IMG/VR virus record: IMGVR_UViG_3300037307_000181
Location: 66,523-92,167 of that record
Length of the DNA stretch: 25,645 nucleotides
Source of the DNA: a virus
Direction: 5' to 3' (one strand)
Part shown: positions 23,575 to 25,645 of the stretch, in pieces
Position numbering within the stretch: the stretch's first letter is position 1
Layout of the letters: each line of letters starts with the position of its first letter
The notes under the pieces: model-generated
Told to the model about the DNA's origin: nothing
Seen by the model: only the letters and a program-made list of their open reading frames with translations
Databases searched by the model: none
Translations under genes and position numbers: made by a program

Positions 23575-23901
23575 TTACTCCCAATTATCAACAATATCCA
23601 ATGCATACTTTGCAAACTGCAACGGCATCATCTTGGCATCAAATATAGCGTTGATCTGCTCCTTTATCCACCGACTATGCAGGGAAGAAAACGAATCCTT
23701 AAGCTCAAATGGATCATCCATAGACTGCACAGGCAATGGTGTATTCAGACCTAATATATTTGTAATATCTACCACGATCCTAGCAGTAGCCTTGTCTACT
23801 CCCTTTGTGACCTTTCCCTTGTCATCAATTTCTGTCATCATATTGATAATGAAAGCAACTGTAGCTGCGTGACCAACCTTAAATACAAAATCTTTTACCA
23901 T
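23575..23901 (-). CDS. Hypothetical protein
   Basis: AAGGAG lies 8 nt before ATG 23901; first gene after a promoter. Confidence 0.65.
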   Translation of the reverse strand: MVKDFVFKVGHAATVAFIINMMTEIDDKGKVTKGVDKATARIVVDITNILGLNTPLPVQSMDDPFELKDSFSSLHSRWIKEQINAIFDAKMMPLQFAKYALDIVDNWE

Positions 23902-23930
23902 TTTCTTCACTCCTTATATAAGATTATATA

Positions 23931-23959
23931 ATTATAGCACAATAATACTTATTTGTAAA
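23931..23959 (-). promoter_or_regulatory. Sigma70/sigmaA-type promoter
   Basis: - strand TTTACA, 17 nt spacer, TATAAT with extended TG. Confidence 0.8.
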
Positions 23960-24299
23960 GCATTTTTACAGAAAAAAATCCAATAAAACATGTGATAAAA
24001 GCCCACAAAAGCATACCACAAGTAAGTACAGCGTACCAGTGAAAAGGCCTACCACCCTGGGTGATCCAAGCAAGAACGTTATACCAATGGTATCCTTTTT
24101 GAACAGCCACCCAAATATGGTCGAGATCAATAAGTACCCCAACAGTCCCGCCAATCCAGAAAGCACAAAGTGCCCGAACGGTGATGACAGAAAAACTCGT
24201 AGAAATTGCAAGAATGTATACCCCAAAAACAGGGATTGCCAGTAAAGTAAGTAAAATAGATGTAATATCAATTAGTACCTCCGCATTAATATATATCAT
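23949..24299 (-). CDS. Membrane protein with DLDH..R.FH motif (resembles YdjM-like membrane metal-dependent hydrolases)
   Basis: Three to four hydrophobic segments with GVLIDLDH and GRPFH. Start placed at the ATGA overlap at 24299. Confidence 0.55.
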   Translation of the reverse strand: MIYINAEVLIDITSILLTLLAIPVFGVYILAISTSFSVITVRALCAFWIGGTVGVLIDLDHIWVAVQKGYHWYNVLAWITQGGRPFHWYAVLTCGMLLWAFITCFIGFFSVKMLYK

Positions 24300-24679
24300 T
24301 CTAGTATATCCCATTGTTCTAACGATAAAACAGTTCCATTTCCATTGATAATACCGTGTGCATACAGAAGTACAGCCACCAGCTTCCAACGCTGAGCATC
24401 TGTCATATTAGCAACACTAAGCCCAATCAATGTTTGTAATTCACTAATAATTTTTTGCTTTCTGGTTTCCTTGTCTACAGCTCTAGATTTCCAAGCATCA
24501 ATTTGTTCGCTGGTAAATACTGTTCCAGATATAACTACACCATCTTGTGTAACTTGTCTATTTATCCACCCGTTAGTAATATCACTACCGATATCAATAA
24601 CCTCTTTATCATTATCTGTAATGCTGTTTTCAGTAAAACCAATAAGCTCTTTTGTGATTTTGTCTATTATAATATTCAT
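24296..24679 (-). CDS. Hypothetical protein, possibly a tail-fibre assembly/chaperone
   Basis: Directly follows the tail-like gene. The function is inferred from position only. Confidence 0.5.
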   Translation of the reverse strand: MNIIIDKITKELIGFTENSITDNDKEVIDIGSDITNGWINRQVTQDGVVISGTVFTSEQIDAWKSRAVDKETRKQKIISELQTLIGLSVANMTDAQRWKLVAVLLYAHGIINGNGTVLSLEQWDILE

Positions 24680-24694
24680 GGTGTTACTTCACTC

Positions 24695-25645
24695 CTAATA
24701 AAACTTTATACGATCAATATTAATTTGTTCATAGCTTCCACCAACAAGATAGAACCTAAGTGTTTTTATAATTGTTGGATACCCCGCTCCAGGAGCAGAA
24801 GAGCCTAATTGCGCAGGAATACCTGCATCTATATCCCAAAAGTCTGCATAATATGCTGGTGTAGCATAAACTGTAATTTGAAGTCTATATCTATGACCAC
24901 CATTTACAATTCCAACACATACTTGTGTTCCGTCTGCTGCGGAAATAGTTATACCAGTACCAACGTACCAGTAAGCATATGTTCCTAAATCCTTACGCTT
25001 AAATCGTACTGCATAATACTTATCTGTAGATGTTGGATTTTGTACACCCCACATGCGAATTTCTGAGATAATAGCATCAGCACCCGATGTTCCTGTCATT
25101 CCAACATAGTTAAAATCAATCTGACAATAACTTTTTCCTGTGGCATCTGTCCACTGTAAATATCCATTTCCTGAACCATTATTATCAACCATTGATAAGT
25201 GGTGTCTGTATGAATTAGATTTATATGTTTGATTTGAAACAGCACTAATTGAAAATCCGCCAGGAGAAGCACCAAAAGAATATGTGCTGCTCTGACTATC
25301 ATTAAAATCTGCAATATGATTTGTAAAATCATTTTGCCCAAACTCTAATAGTGACACTGGGTAAGCATCAGCAGCAGCTAATGCTTTCGGAAACAGCCTA
25401 TTATACGATAAATTAGCAATATTTCCTAAATCGTCTTTAACAAAAAGATTATCTGTATAAGCATACAAAGTGGAATTAGAATCTTCTCCGGTAGGAATAG
25501 ATGATTGATTTACTATCTTTATTGGTTTGCTTGCCCTAATATCATTTTGAGTGATCACAAGCTGACCAACAGCAGTACCATCACTGGCTTTCAAATAAAT
25601 ATAAGGTGCACCAGAATTCTTGGTAACACTAATAAGTAGTGCCTG
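24695..25645 (-). CDS. C-terminal part of a tail / receptor-binding protein (5' end outside the window)
   Basis: The frame stays open to the window edge (QALLISVTKNSGAPYIYLK..). Rich in Ser/Thr/Gly/Tyr, predicted beta-rich, ends in IDRIKFY, and lies upstream of the lysis genes. Confidence 0.6.
   Translation of the reverse strand, partial: QALLISVTKNSGAPYIYLKASDGTAVGQLVITQNDIRASKPIKIVNQSSIPTGEDSNSTLYAYTDNLFVKDDLGNIANLSYNRLFPKALAAADAYPVSLLEFGQNDFTNHIADFNDSQSSTYSFGASPGGFSISAVSNQTYKSNSYRHHLSMVDNNGSGNGYLQWTDATGKSYCQIDFNYVGMTGTSGADAIISEIRMWGVQNPTSTDKYYAVRFKRKDLGTYAYWYVGTGITISAADGTQVCVGIVNGGHRYRLQITVYATPAYYADFWDIDAGIPAQLGSSAPGAGYPTIIKTLRFYLVGGSYEQINIDRIKFY

Noticed and set aside
24695-25645. Diversity-generating retroelement target in the tail gene
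   Set aside because: No reverse transcriptase or template/variable repeat pair is visible in the window; one elsewhere in the genome cannot be excluded.

Overview
This window is a segment of a probably temperate dsDNA phage genome, with no host housekeeping genes visible. Two gene arms converge on a central tRNA/integrase block. The left arm (+ strand, 1-11.3 kb) encodes a ParB-like protein, two amino-methyltransferases, a HAD 5'(3')-nucleotidase, a family A DNA polymerase, a degenerate DnaB-like helicase and a Rad52/Sak-like annealing protein. The centre (11.3-12.6 kb) holds a full-length tRNA(CAU) enclosed by nested inverted and direct repeats, divergent from a tyrosine integrase. The right arm (- strand, 12.6-25.6 kb), in transcription order, encodes the end of a tail gene, a promoter/terminator-bounded two-gene cassette, a lysis module, an HTH-metallophosphoesterase, an RNA-repair kinase-phosphatase-ligase, a SLOG protein, a third methyltransferase, two nucleases and a primase-polymerase. 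About ten near-consensus sigma70/sigmaA promoters share an extended -10 (TGCTATAAT/TGCTATACT), and four carry GTAC at the predicted start site. Product calls come from motif recognition only; no database searches were run. The most unusual items are the repeat-enclosed tRNA beside the integrase, the GTAC-marked promoters alongside three orphan MTases, the helicase with altered ATPase motifs, and a possible counter-defence operon. A Chloroflexota host is a tentative inference.
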